From Nitrospinaceae bacterium (GTDB lineage: Bacteria > Nitrospinota > Nitrospinia > Nitrospinales > Nitrospinaceae), in assembly GCA_965237905.1 (NCBI GenBank), contig OZ250172.1:1856001-1920000 (forward strand): DNA of 64,000 nt. The letters run 5' to 3'. Position numbers and translations under genes: made by a program. The notes below the pieces were generated by a model. It was given only the letters and a program-made list of their open reading frames with translations, had not been told where the DNA came from and ran no database searches. Positions 1 through 8,391 of the stretch are shown here, piece after piece. The first letter of the stretch is position 1. The number at the start of each line of letters is the position of its first letter.

Positions 1-1108
1 ACAGAAAGTTGAGCCAGTCCGGTCCCTCGTACCACCAGTGGCCGAACAGTTCCGCATCGTACGGGGCCACCACGAGGGGTGGCCGGTCCATCACTCTCGC
101 CAGAAGATTGATCTGCCTCTGCCGGTTGAACAGAAAATCGCTGGCATGGGACGCCGCCTTGCTTCGCGCGTGTTGCGGTTGATACGGTTCCTTGTGATCG
201 GTTGTTCCCGTGATGCGGTGGTACTTGAAGCCGGTCATTTTGCGTTCGCCGGTGGCGGCGATGTAGGGCCGGATGTAATCGTGATCGAGGTCGTACCCGA
301 TATCACGGTAAAAATCCCGGTAGTCGACATCGCCGGGATAGCCTTCCTCAGAACTCCACACCTGTTTGGACGATTTCGCGTCGCGTCCGAAGGCCGCCAC
401 GCCGTTGGGGCAGAAGATGGGGGTGTGCACGCCATGCTGGGGTCGCGGCTGGGCGAACAGCAGTCCGTGGGTTTCCAGAAAGAAATAGCCGAATCCCGCC
501 TCCGCCAGATAAGTTTCGATGCCCGGTACGTAAGCGCATTCGGGCAGCCAGATGCCGGAAGGTTTGATGCCCAGGAAATGCTCATGCGTCTGCACCGCGA
601 CTTGGATTTGGGCGCGCACCGCGTTGGGCACCAGATTCATCAGAGGCAGATAGCCATGCGTGGCCGCACAGGTGATGATCTCGAGATGTCCCTCCTCCAT
701 GAAATCCTTGAAAGCCTGCACGAGGTTGTGGTGGTAGCGGTCGACGAACAGATCCCGCGCCTGATTCAGCTTATCAAAATACATCCGGGCCAGCGGCTGA
801 ATCTCCGGCTGGTTGCGGGTGCGCTCGATTTCCTTTTCCGCAAGTTCCAGCGAGCGGTCCAGAAACCGGATGGTGCGCCGCTGCAGCAGGTCGTCGCTCA
901 ACATCGACAACAGAGTCGGTGTTAGGGACATCGTCAACTTAAAGGGCACACCATCCTGCACCAGTCCGTGGAATACTTGAATCAGGGGAATATAGGTTTC
1001 GGTGATGGCCTGGAACAACCAGTCCTCTTCTAAAAATTCCGGGTGCTCCGGGTGCCGGACGAAAGGCAGGTGGGCATGCAGGACCAGCGACAGATAACCT
1101 TGGGTCAT
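1..1108 (-). CDS. Glycoside hydrolase family 57 / DUF1957 protein (alpha-glucan branching enzyme-like); runs off the window edge
   Basis: Not in the ORF track. Manual minus-strand translation from ATG at 1108 gives MTQGYLSLVLHAHLPFVRHPEHPEFLEEDWLFQAITETYIPL, plus the GIWLPECAY nucleophile motif at about 531-556. It follows the DUF4912 gene directly. Confidence 0.9.
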   Translation of the reverse strand, partial: MTQGYLSLVLHAHLPFVRHPEHPEFLEEDWLFQAITETYIPLIQVFHGLVQDGVPFKLTMSLTPTLLSMLSDDLLQRRTIRFLDRSLELAEKEIERTRNQPEIQPLARMYFDKLNQARDLFVDRYHHNLVQAFKDFMEEGHLEIITCAATHGYLPLMNLVPNAVRAQIQVAVQTHEHFLGIKPSGIWLPECAYVPGIETYLAEAGFGYFFLETHGLLFAQPRPQHGVHTPIFCPNGVAAFGRDAKSSKQVWSSEEGYPGDVDYRDFYRDIGYDLDHDYIRPYIAATGERKMTGFKYHRITGTTDHKEPYQPQHARSKAASHASDFLFNRQRQINLLARVMDRPPLVVAPYDAELFGHWWYEGPDWLNFL

Positions 1109-1109
1109 A

Positions 1110-2030
1110 TTATTCGGACTGGGAAGACGGCGGTTTGGTGAAGCCGGATCCGCTGGGAGAGGCCGGCGTTTCCGAAGGAGCGGTTCCCTCTGGGGCGATT
1201 GTTTCCGAGGGATGGTCCAGAGGCAGAATGACGGGATTCGATTGGGCGGTGGCCCGGAACATGCCGGAAGTATCCATCACTCCGATCTCTACAGTGAACC
1301 GCGCGCCCGGACGCGAAAGGTCCAAGTAATAGCTACCGGTTTTTACGTTGATATCGATATCAAAATAGTGGCCCTTGTCCTCCACCGGGTGGAGCGCGGC
1401 GGAATACACCCGCAATACCCAGCGGGCATCGGTAGCGGATTGGCCCGTTCTTTTCAATAGATCCCGCACTTGTGCCGCATCAAGATCCCAATAGGCATAG
1501 GCCCAGTTGGGATCGCGCGCCAACACCGCCAGACGATGATCGCCATAGCGTTCGGGCAGGTCTGATGGGATTTCCACAGATTTAGAGAGCGCCTGGCTTT
1601 CAATCGTTTCGGGAGAGCGGGCCGTTTGGGATTTGCGCGTGACGGACTTTTTCGCGGGAGCTTTTTTTACTTTTCCTTTTGCAGGACTTTTTTTGAGCAT
1701 CGCCTTCTTTTTAGTCGGAGTTTGTTTCCGTTTAGTAGAAGCAGTTTTACGCGAGGTGGATTTGGGTTTCCGCGCCATTTTAGCCTTGGATATCTTCGAG
1801 CCTTTCTTTTTCGAGGTCTTTTTGGCTGTTTTGGAAACGGGGGTTCGTTTACGGGTTTTTGCGGTGGCCGTCTTGGATTTTTTTTGTGCTTCGATTTTCC
1901 GGAGACCTTTTTTGATGGCTTTGATCAATTCATCCTTGAGCATTCCGGACGTCACCGGAATTTTTTTGCGCCGGGCCAGCGCTGTTAATTCGGCTTTGGT
2001 TTTGTTCGATAAATCCGAAGTCCGCTTCAT
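1110..2030 (-). CDS. DUF4912-domain protein with a Rho-N-like N-terminus and Lys-rich linker
   Basis: N-terminal LSNKTKAELTALARRKKI...MLKDELIKAI; Lys/Thr/Ser-rich middle; C-terminal LPERYGDHRLAVLARDPNWAYAYWD typical of DUF4912; adjacent to GH57. Confidence 0.8.
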   Translation of the reverse strand: MKRTSDLSNKTKAELTALARRKKIPVTSGMLKDELIKAIKKGLRKIEAQKKSKTATAKTRKRTPVSKTAKKTSKKKGSKISKAKMARKPKSTSRKTASTKRKQTPTKKKAMLKKSPAKGKVKKAPAKKSVTRKSQTARSPETIESQALSKSVEIPSDLPERYGDHRLAVLARDPNWAYAYWDLDAAQVRDLLKRTGQSATDARWVLRVYSAALHPVEDKGHYFDIDINVKTGSYYLDLSRPGARFTVEIGVMDTSGMFRATAQSNPVILPLDHPSETIAPEGTAPSETPASPSGSGFTKPPSSQSE

Positions 2031-2304
2031 GAGTTTAAGTCCAGGAGAAGATTATTGTTTTCTGTCGGGGTCGGACAAAATGCCAACAGGATCATTTCCT
2101 ATTATAGGAACGTGGGTTTTACAATGGTTTTTCAGGAAGGGCTGAGAGAACCTCCTGTCCCATAATACTTCGACTTATAGTGCAGTGATTTTTTTTGTAG
2201 CGTATTTTAATTGAATCGTTTCTAATTGTAGCAAGGTATAAAATGGAAATCATCCAATCATCTGAAGCCAATAGCTGCAAATCTCCTTAGCTGGCCGTTT
2301 ATCT

Positions 2305-3189
2305 ATGTACGAAGTTAACAAAATATGCGAGCAGGGGAAACCCCTTTCCTTGAAGACGGACGGCCATTTGCGCGTGGTTTTTATCGGCGTGGGGTCTGCA
2401 TTTGCCAAAAGGCGGCGTCAATCCAACATCCTGGTGATCCAGGGGGACCACCATATACTGATTGATTGCGGTACCCAGGGGCCTTTGGCACTGAATGATA
2501 TCGGCTTGAGCGTGCAGGATGTGACTTGTTATCTTCCGACCCACAGTCATGCCGACCATATTGGTGGTTTTGAGGAAATCATGCTGATGAACCGGTACAG
2601 CCCATCCCCGCGGCAACCGAAGCTGGTTATTCTGCGGGATTACCAGGATCTGCTGTGGAGTAAAAGTTTGTCGGGCGGTGCGGAATACTGTGAAGTCGAT
2701 CAGGGTCGGTCTCTCCAAATAATCGATTTCTTTGATATTCTTCGGCCTAATCCAATCGAAGCCTATGGCCGGAAATGCTGGGTGCTTCAATACGGACCGA
2801 TCGAGTTGTTGATTACACGAACCCGTCATTTCCCGGACAGTGCCCTCAATGTGGATGAATCCCAATGGTGCTCGGGGGTGTTTATCAACAAAAAGGTATG
2901 GATTTCCGGGGACACCATGTTTGACCGGGAATATCCGGAGCGCTTCAGCGAGGAAGCGGAGGCGATGTTTCATGATTGCCAGTTGTTTCAAGGCGGAGTG
3001 CACGCCTCCTATCAGGAGTTGATGACCCTGCCCCGGGAGGTTCGACAAAAGATGTACCTGTATCATTTTGGCGATAATTGGGATGCTCCCGAGACATGGG
3101 TGCAAAATGCCGACAAATTTACCGGAGATCCCCTGCAGGACGGTTTTCTGGGTTGGACCCAACAGCAAGTAGCCTACGACTTTTATTAG
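2305..3189 (+). CDS. MBL-fold metallo-hydrolase, Apyc1-like cyclic-nucleotide phosphodiesterase family
   Basis: GVGSAFAK, LIDCG, THSHADHIGGFEE, SGDTMFD, FHDCQLFQGGVHAS and LYHFGDN motifs. Confidence 0.8.
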   Translation: MYEVNKICEQGKPLSLKTDGHLRVVFIGVGSAFAKRRRQSNILVIQGDHHILIDCGTQGPLALNDIGLSVQDVTCYLPTHSHADHIGGFEEIMLMNRYSPSPRQPKLVILRDYQDLLWSKSLSGGAEYCEVDQGRSLQIIDFFDILRPNPIEAYGRKCWVLQYGPIELLITRTRHFPDSALNVDESQWCSGVFINKKVWISGDTMFDREYPERFSEEAEAMFHDCQLFQGGVHASYQELMTLPREVRQKMYLYHFGDNWDAPETWVQNADKFTGDPLQDGFLGWTQQQVAYDFY

Positions 3190-3389
3190 GCCTTCTCCTA
3201 TCTTCCGCTTTCCAACCGCTCACGGTTTCTCCTGAAAACACATCCCAACGGACCAGCTGGCACAACGCTCTTATAACCTTATAGAACAATCACTTGTGGG
3301 GTAAAAATTTTACTTTAAATTTTTGAGGTTATAACGGATACTGTTTAGACATAACACATTAACAATAACTGTAAGTATTGGGAGGCATC

Positions 3390-3722
3390 ATGAGCTGTTT
3401 CTTAATGATTAATAATTGGTCCGGCGACGATCAAATGCATGCTACGGAAAAAATGGCCCGTGTGTTTCGTATGGATCCTGAGGAAGCGGATGCTGTTGTT
3501 GATAACCTGGCCCACGGCAATCCCTGGCAGTTCGACCATCAGGTTTCTGACCGGCAATCTGAGGTTGCGGAACCCTACCTGCAGAGCCTGGGTTTTGAAG
3601 TGGAACGCATTCCCGTGATGATGGATGATGGCATGGGTATAGGCATGTCGATGGGTGACTTCAGCGAAAGCAAACCGGGTCTTTTTGGCAAGATCAAAGG
3701 TTTGTTCAAGAAAAAACGTTAA
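3390..3722 (+). CDS. Hypothetical protein, paralogous to the N-terminal domain of the next gene
   Basis: GGAGG RBS before ATG 3390; aligns by eye with aa 1-75 of 3782..5164. Confidence 0.7.
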   Translation: MSCFLMINNWSGDDQMHATEKMARVFRMDPEEADAVVDNLAHGNPWQFDHQVSDRQSEVAEPYLQSLGFEVERIPVMMDDGMGIGMSMGDFSESKPGLFGKIKGLFKKKR

Positions 3723-3781
3723 ACGCATTGGTTGGTTGACTGGTGGCTTTCTATTAACTTCTTTCAAATTCGATTTCCATT

Positions 3782-5164
3782 ATGAGCTATTTCCTTATTC
3801 TGAGCGCTTTTGCCGGTGGTGACAAGGACGCCGCCGCGAAAAAACTAGCGTTGATGTTTCGCATGACGCCTCAGCAAGCGAACGCCATTATTGAGAAGGT
3901 TGCGAAGGGTCAGGCGTGGCAGGCCCCGACAAGAGTCTCGGACAAGCAGGCCTCCGTTGCGGAAAACTATCTGAGAGCCATCGGTTTTCAAGTCGAGCGA
4001 TCTGGAGAGCAGGAGGGGGTGGACCCGATTGCCGAGTCGGTCACTCTCGAAGAAGAGCCACAAAATAAAGCCCCTCAACCTCAAACGACCGCGGCATCCA
4101 CCTCACGCGCCGCCGCCCCAGGTACCCCTCCATCGGGTTCGAATGGGTTGTCCATCGGCTTTCATGGCAGCGGGGGCGGACTGTTCAAAATCATGCTGGT
4201 CAACTGGATCTTGACGATTCTCACTTTGGGAATTTATTCTTTTTGGGGGAAAACCAAAGTTCGCCGTTATTTGTGCGAGCAATCCTCCTTTGTGCGGGAT
4301 CGGTTTTATTATCATGGCACCGGAGGTGAGCTGTTTAAGGGAGCTATGATTTTTGGTGCAATGTTTGGCTTGTTCAATCTGGGGGTCTACTCCGTAGGCC
4401 AGGTTTGGGGGGTGCAGGCTCAGGGGATAGCGGAAATCTGTGGAGCCTTTCTTATTCTACTCCTTTTGCCAGTAATCATGGTCGGCGCTTTTCGGTACCG
4501 ACTATCGCGGACGGCGTGGCGGGGCATTCGATTTTCATTTCGGGGCAAGCGTAAAAGTGCTCTATGGCTCTATATCAAGGGATGTATATTGATGATTTTA
4601 ACCTTCTATTTTTACTGGCCGTTCTTTATTGTCAAGATCCAGAAATTCTGGAGAAGTGAGTCCTATTTTGGCAGCCAGTCTTTTAATTATGATGGAAAAG
4701 GTGGAGATATTTTCAAAGCTTTTCTTTTGATGATTTTATTGTATATCGTGACCATAGGCGTTTCGGTTGCGTTGCCAACGCTGTTTCCGGGGATTGACCA
4801 AAAGCTGGTCAAGATCATTTTACCAGTCATGTGGATTCCTTTGATGATAGGCTTCCTGTATTATACTGTTTACATGGATCGATATCACTGGTCCAAAACC
4901 CAATTTGCCGGCGGCAGGTTCAACTATGATGCAACGGCCTGGCAATGGTTCTTTTTGAGCTTTACCAATTTACTTATCGTTGTATTTACACTGGGCTTTG
5001 GCATTCCATGGGCTACTGTCCGGTCCCGCCAGTTTTTGGCGGATCACCTGGCAGTGGCCGGCAACATGCAGTTGTCCCAGGTTGTCCAGGAAGCGCAAAA
5101 GAGCAGTGCCCTAGGTGAAGGCGTGGCTGATGGTTTTGATATGGACATCGACATTGGAATTTGA
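3782..5164 (+). CDS. YjgN/DUF898 family inner-membrane protein with an extra N-terminal domain
   Basis: FHGSGGGLFKIMLVNWILTILTLGIYSFWGKTKVRRY and TAWRGIRFSFRG motifs; several TM helices; paired with an M48 peptidase. Confidence 0.88.
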   Translation: MSYFLILSAFAGGDKDAAAKKLALMFRMTPQQANAIIEKVAKGQAWQAPTRVSDKQASVAENYLRAIGFQVERSGEQEGVDPIAESVTLEEEPQNKAPQPQTTAASTSRAAAPGTPPSGSNGLSIGFHGSGGGLFKIMLVNWILTILTLGIYSFWGKTKVRRYLCEQSSFVRDRFYYHGTGGELFKGAMIFGAMFGLFNLGVYSVGQVWGVQAQGIAEICGAFLILLLLPVIMVGAFRYRLSRTAWRGIRFSFRGKRKSALWLYIKGCILMILTFYFYWPFFIVKIQKFWRSESYFGSQSFNYDGKGGDIFKAFLLMILLYIVTIGVSVALPTLFPGIDQKLVKIILPVMWIPLMIGFLYYTVYMDRYHWSKTQFAGGRFNYDATAWQWFFLSFTNLLIVVFTLGFGIPWATVRSRQFLADHLAVAGNMQLSQVVQEAQKSSALGEGVADGFDMDIDIGI

Positions 5165-5194
5165 CCGATTCGAACCCCTGTTTCCCCATAAAAT

Positions 5195-6460
5195 ATGAGC
5201 GCCACGAAATCCGAGTTCTCGGGTACCTTTTATGACGGGAGAAGCGCCAACAAATACCCGGTCAAGCTTTTCCTGACCAAGGCCCAGGTGGAACTTGTTT
5301 TCCCGGACGGCCGCCGGATTTCCTGGCTCTATCCTAACCTGAAATTATCCAAGACGAGCGCCACAAGCCCTGCTCGCCTGGAACGTTCCACTTCCAACCC
5401 GAATGTAATCCCTGAATCCGTAGTTATCGAAGATCCGGATTTTCTTCATGAAGCACACCGAGTGGCCCCGGGAGCGTTGGGAACCGTTTGGAACCAACCC
5501 CATAAAAGGAAGTTGAGATATGTGTTGATGATTCTGGCGTTGGTAATCCTTCCTCCTTTTGTTTTTGCGATTTGGGTGTATGCCATCCCGGCAATGACCG
5601 ATGCGGTTGCCGATCAAATTCCGACGGAATGGGAAGAGAAGTTGGGCCAAGATTACTTTCAGGTTTTATTTAAAGAATCCTTGAAGGAACCGGATCCCAA
5701 AGTACAAAAAGCACTGGATACCATTTCCAAGCGATTGCTTACGGCGGTTCCGGATCAACCTTATCATTTTAGGATTTATGTGCATCCGTCCAAAATGGTC
5801 AACGCCCTGGCCTTGCCGGGTGGAACTGTTGTGGTGTTTCAGGGGCTTATCAATATCACGGAAACACCGGAAGAGTTGGCGGGGGTGTTGGCGCATGAGT
5901 TTCAGCATGTATTAAAGCGTCACTCCACGCGCGGTATTATTCGGTCTGAGGCGATCAATATATTTGCAACCGTTGTTTCCGGCGACTCCATGATGAATGT
6001 TATTTTACAGGCGGGCGGCATGATGGAATTTTTACGTTACAGCCGAAAGTTGGAGTCGGAGGCAGATGCCGAGGGGATGAAGATGATGGTGGCCGCCCAG
6101 ATCGATCCCCAGGGGATGGTCCGGATGTTTGAGCATTTGGAACGAGAACAACATCGGCAACTGGAAGCGCTCGAAAAAAAATCGGAAGGTATTGATCCTA
6201 AAGAAGAAGATTCGCCTAAGAAAGATTCCAAAAAGGAAGCGCCGAAGGATAAGGATAAGGATAAAGATAGTGAAGCGTCAAAAACTCCAGAGTGGATGAA
6301 ATATTTGTCCACCCATCCCGCAGGCGAGGACCGTGTTGAAATCCTCAAAAAAATGGCGGAAGCCTCTACCACGAAACCCAAGCCTCTTCTCCCCGGTTTT
6401 GACTGGAAAAGCATGCACCGGGAAACGAAAGAATCAAAAGAATCAGGTTTCATCTTCTAA
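5195..6460 (+). CDS. M48 family zinc metallopeptidase
   Basis: VNALALPGG, LAGVLAHEFQHV (HExxH), YSRKLESEAD and YLSTHP motifs. Confidence 0.92.
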   Translation: MSATKSEFSGTFYDGRSANKYPVKLFLTKAQVELVFPDGRRISWLYPNLKLSKTSATSPARLERSTSNPNVIPESVVIEDPDFLHEAHRVAPGALGTVWNQPHKRKLRYVLMILALVILPPFVFAIWVYAIPAMTDAVADQIPTEWEEKLGQDYFQVLFKESLKEPDPKVQKALDTISKRLLTAVPDQPYHFRIYVHPSKMVNALALPGGTVVVFQGLINITETPEELAGVLAHEFQHVLKRHSTRGIIRSEAINIFATVVSGDSMMNVILQAGGMMEFLRYSRKLESEADAEGMKMMVAAQIDPQGMVRMFEHLEREQHRQLEALEKKSEGIDPKEEDSPKKDSKKEAPKDKDKDKDSEASKTPEWMKYLSTHPAGEDRVEILKKMAEASTTKPKPLLPGFDWKSMHRETKESKESGFIF

Positions 6461-6478
6461 ATACTTCTCGGAGTCTTC

Positions 6479-7450
6479 ATGATCGTCGTTACCGGCGGGG
6501 CGGGTTTTATAGGAAGTGCCCTCGTTCATGCCCTCAATCGGCGCGGATGCACCGATATTTGTGTCGTCGATATTGAGGATCATCCAGAAAAGAAGAATAA
6601 TCTGGCCCCGCTGAAATTTGCGCGTCTCGTTAGCCCGGACACATTCCTTGAACAGGTGCTTGCCGGGTCCTTGAAAGGAATGGACACCTTGTTTCACCTG
6701 GGCGCTTGTTCCTCAACCACGGAAACGGACGTTGACTTTCTCAACCGAAATAATTTTCAGTTTACCCAGCATTTGGCGCGGTACTGTTTGGATCGGGGCA
6801 TCCGGTTCATCTACGCTTCCAGTGCGGCCACCTATGGTGATGGTCAGCAAGGGTATTCAGATGACGTTTCCCGTTTGGCAACGTTAAAACCTCTCAATCC
6901 GTACGGTCAGAGCAAACAGGATTTTGACGTATGGGCCCAGCAGGAAGGAGTGTTGGACCGGATGGTGGGCCTCAAATATTTTAACGTCTTCGGGCCCAAC
7001 GAGTATCATAAGGAAGACATGCGAAGCATGGTGCTGAAAGGGTACGAGCAGATTCGCGACACGGGCAAGATCCGCCTGTTCAAGTCCTATCGCAACGAGT
7101 ATGGCGACGGGCAGCAGGTGCGGGATTTTATTTACGTTCAGGACGCGGTGGCGATGACCCTGTTTTTCCAGGACCACCCGGAGATCAACGGACTGTTCAA
7201 CGTAGGGTCCGGGCAGGCGCGTTGCTGGAACGATCTGGCGGGGGCGCTCTTCGGCGCCATGAGCCGGGAGCCGGTGATCGAATACATCGAGATGCCCGAC
7301 TCCATACGGGACCAGTACCAATACCACACCTGCGCGGAGATGGATGAAATTCGGCGCGCGGGGTATGACCGCCCCACGCTCTCCCTGGAAGATGCTGTCA
7401 GCGATTACGTCAACCAATACCTCATTCCCGGCAAGCACCTGATTCCCTGA
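6479..7450 (+). CDS. hldD: ADP-L-glycero-D-manno-heptose 6-epimerase
   Basis: MIVVTGGAGFIGS, HLGACSSTTE, YASSAATYG, LKYFNVFGPNEYHK and YQYHTCA motifs. Confidence 0.95.
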   Translation: MIVVTGGAGFIGSALVHALNRRGCTDICVVDIEDHPEKKNNLAPLKFARLVSPDTFLEQVLAGSLKGMDTLFHLGACSSTTETDVDFLNRNNFQFTQHLARYCLDRGIRFIYASSAATYGDGQQGYSDDVSRLATLKPLNPYGQSKQDFDVWAQQEGVLDRMVGLKYFNVFGPNEYHKEDMRSMVLKGYEQIRDTGKIRLFKSYRNEYGDGQQVRDFIYVQDAVAMTLFFQDHPEINGLFNVGSGQARCWNDLAGALFGAMSREPVIEYIEMPDSIRDQYQYHTCAEMDEIRRAGYDRPTLSLEDAVSDYVNQYLIPGKHLIP

Positions 7451-7558
7451 TACGAGCGGTAAAAAGCGGCCAGAATTATGTTGGATTTAATTCCATTCCT
7501 CTCCAGGTTTTGATACCCTTTTTGGCGAACTTGCCCACAGATTAGAAGGAAAATACCG

Positions 7559-8218
7559 ATGAATGATTTTTCTGAAGAGAGCTTAGTCGCGTTTCTCGAA
7601 GATAACAGAGAGCAGACAGAAACGGAGACTGTTTTGAAAAAGGGGGAAGCCATCCTAACACTGTTGTCGAATCAGCTCAGTCTTCCTTCCATGGCCCACA
7701 TGCATTTATCCAGCGTGGATTTATGCGGGGTGGATATGGCCTATGTCGATTTGTGCGGAGCCAATCTGGAAGACGCACTTTTGATCGGCACGGTTTTCTC
7801 TCAGGCGGATTTGATGGAGGCTAATCTTACCCGGGCCAATCTGGGCGGCACCACCTTTTTCGACGCTGATATCAGCAATGCCTGTTTTCAGGAAGCCAAC
7901 CTGGCCAAGGTGGATTTTACCGAGGTGAATGCGGAAGGAGCCAAATTCACCGGCGCGGATATTGGTCACGGATCGATTCTGATGGATGCTAATTTTGCCG
8001 GCGCCGATTTATCCAAGGCCAGCCTGCAGGGCGCCAAGCTGAGGTCGGCTGACTTGACCGGCGCGAATTTGATAGGAGCCGACCTGCGTGGGGCTGAGAA
8101 TCTGACCTGCGATCAACTCCGTTCCGCAATCATCGATGCCACGACACGGCTCCCGGCCTATATGAAAATCAACTGGATCAACGACAGCGAATACGATTGT
8201 CAAATCAATGAGGATTAG
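7559..8218 (+). CDS. Pentapeptide repeat protein
   Basis: Many A(D/N)Lxx repeats (ADLME ANLTR ANLGG ... ADLTG ANLIG ADLRG). Confidence 0.9.
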   Translation: MNDFSEESLVAFLEDNREQTETETVLKKGEAILTLLSNQLSLPSMAHMHLSSVDLCGVDMAYVDLCGANLEDALLIGTVFSQADLMEANLTRANLGGTTFFDADISNACFQEANLAKVDFTEVNAEGAKFTGADIGHGSILMDANFAGADLSKASLQGAKLRSADLTGANLIGADLRGAENLTCDQLRSAIIDATTRLPAYMKINWINDSEYDCQINED

Positions 8219-8235
8219 CAGCTTCGACTCATCGA

Positions 8236-8391
8236 CCAGCGTGACGCTGGACCCAATTTTTCCTCTCCTCCAGAGTGACGGTCAAGGTGAGCCGGCGTAG
8301 CGCCGGGGCAGATTTCGCAGGGGAGTAAGGGGCGCTAGAATAGTTATCTTCGCCAATCGGGGTTTTAAAGTTACCAGCGGAGGTACTCCGC
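8236..8391. repeat. Composite palindromic repeat family A, copy 1
   Basis: CCAGCGTGACGCTGGACCCA at 8236 and TTAAAGTTACCAGCGGAGGTACTCCGC at 8365-8391; both ends recur at 41436-41565 and 59321-59413. Confidence 0.8.

Noticed and set aside
38..925. 295-aa plus-strand ORF
   Set aside because: Antisense shadow of the GH57 gene on the minus strand; no recognisable motifs.
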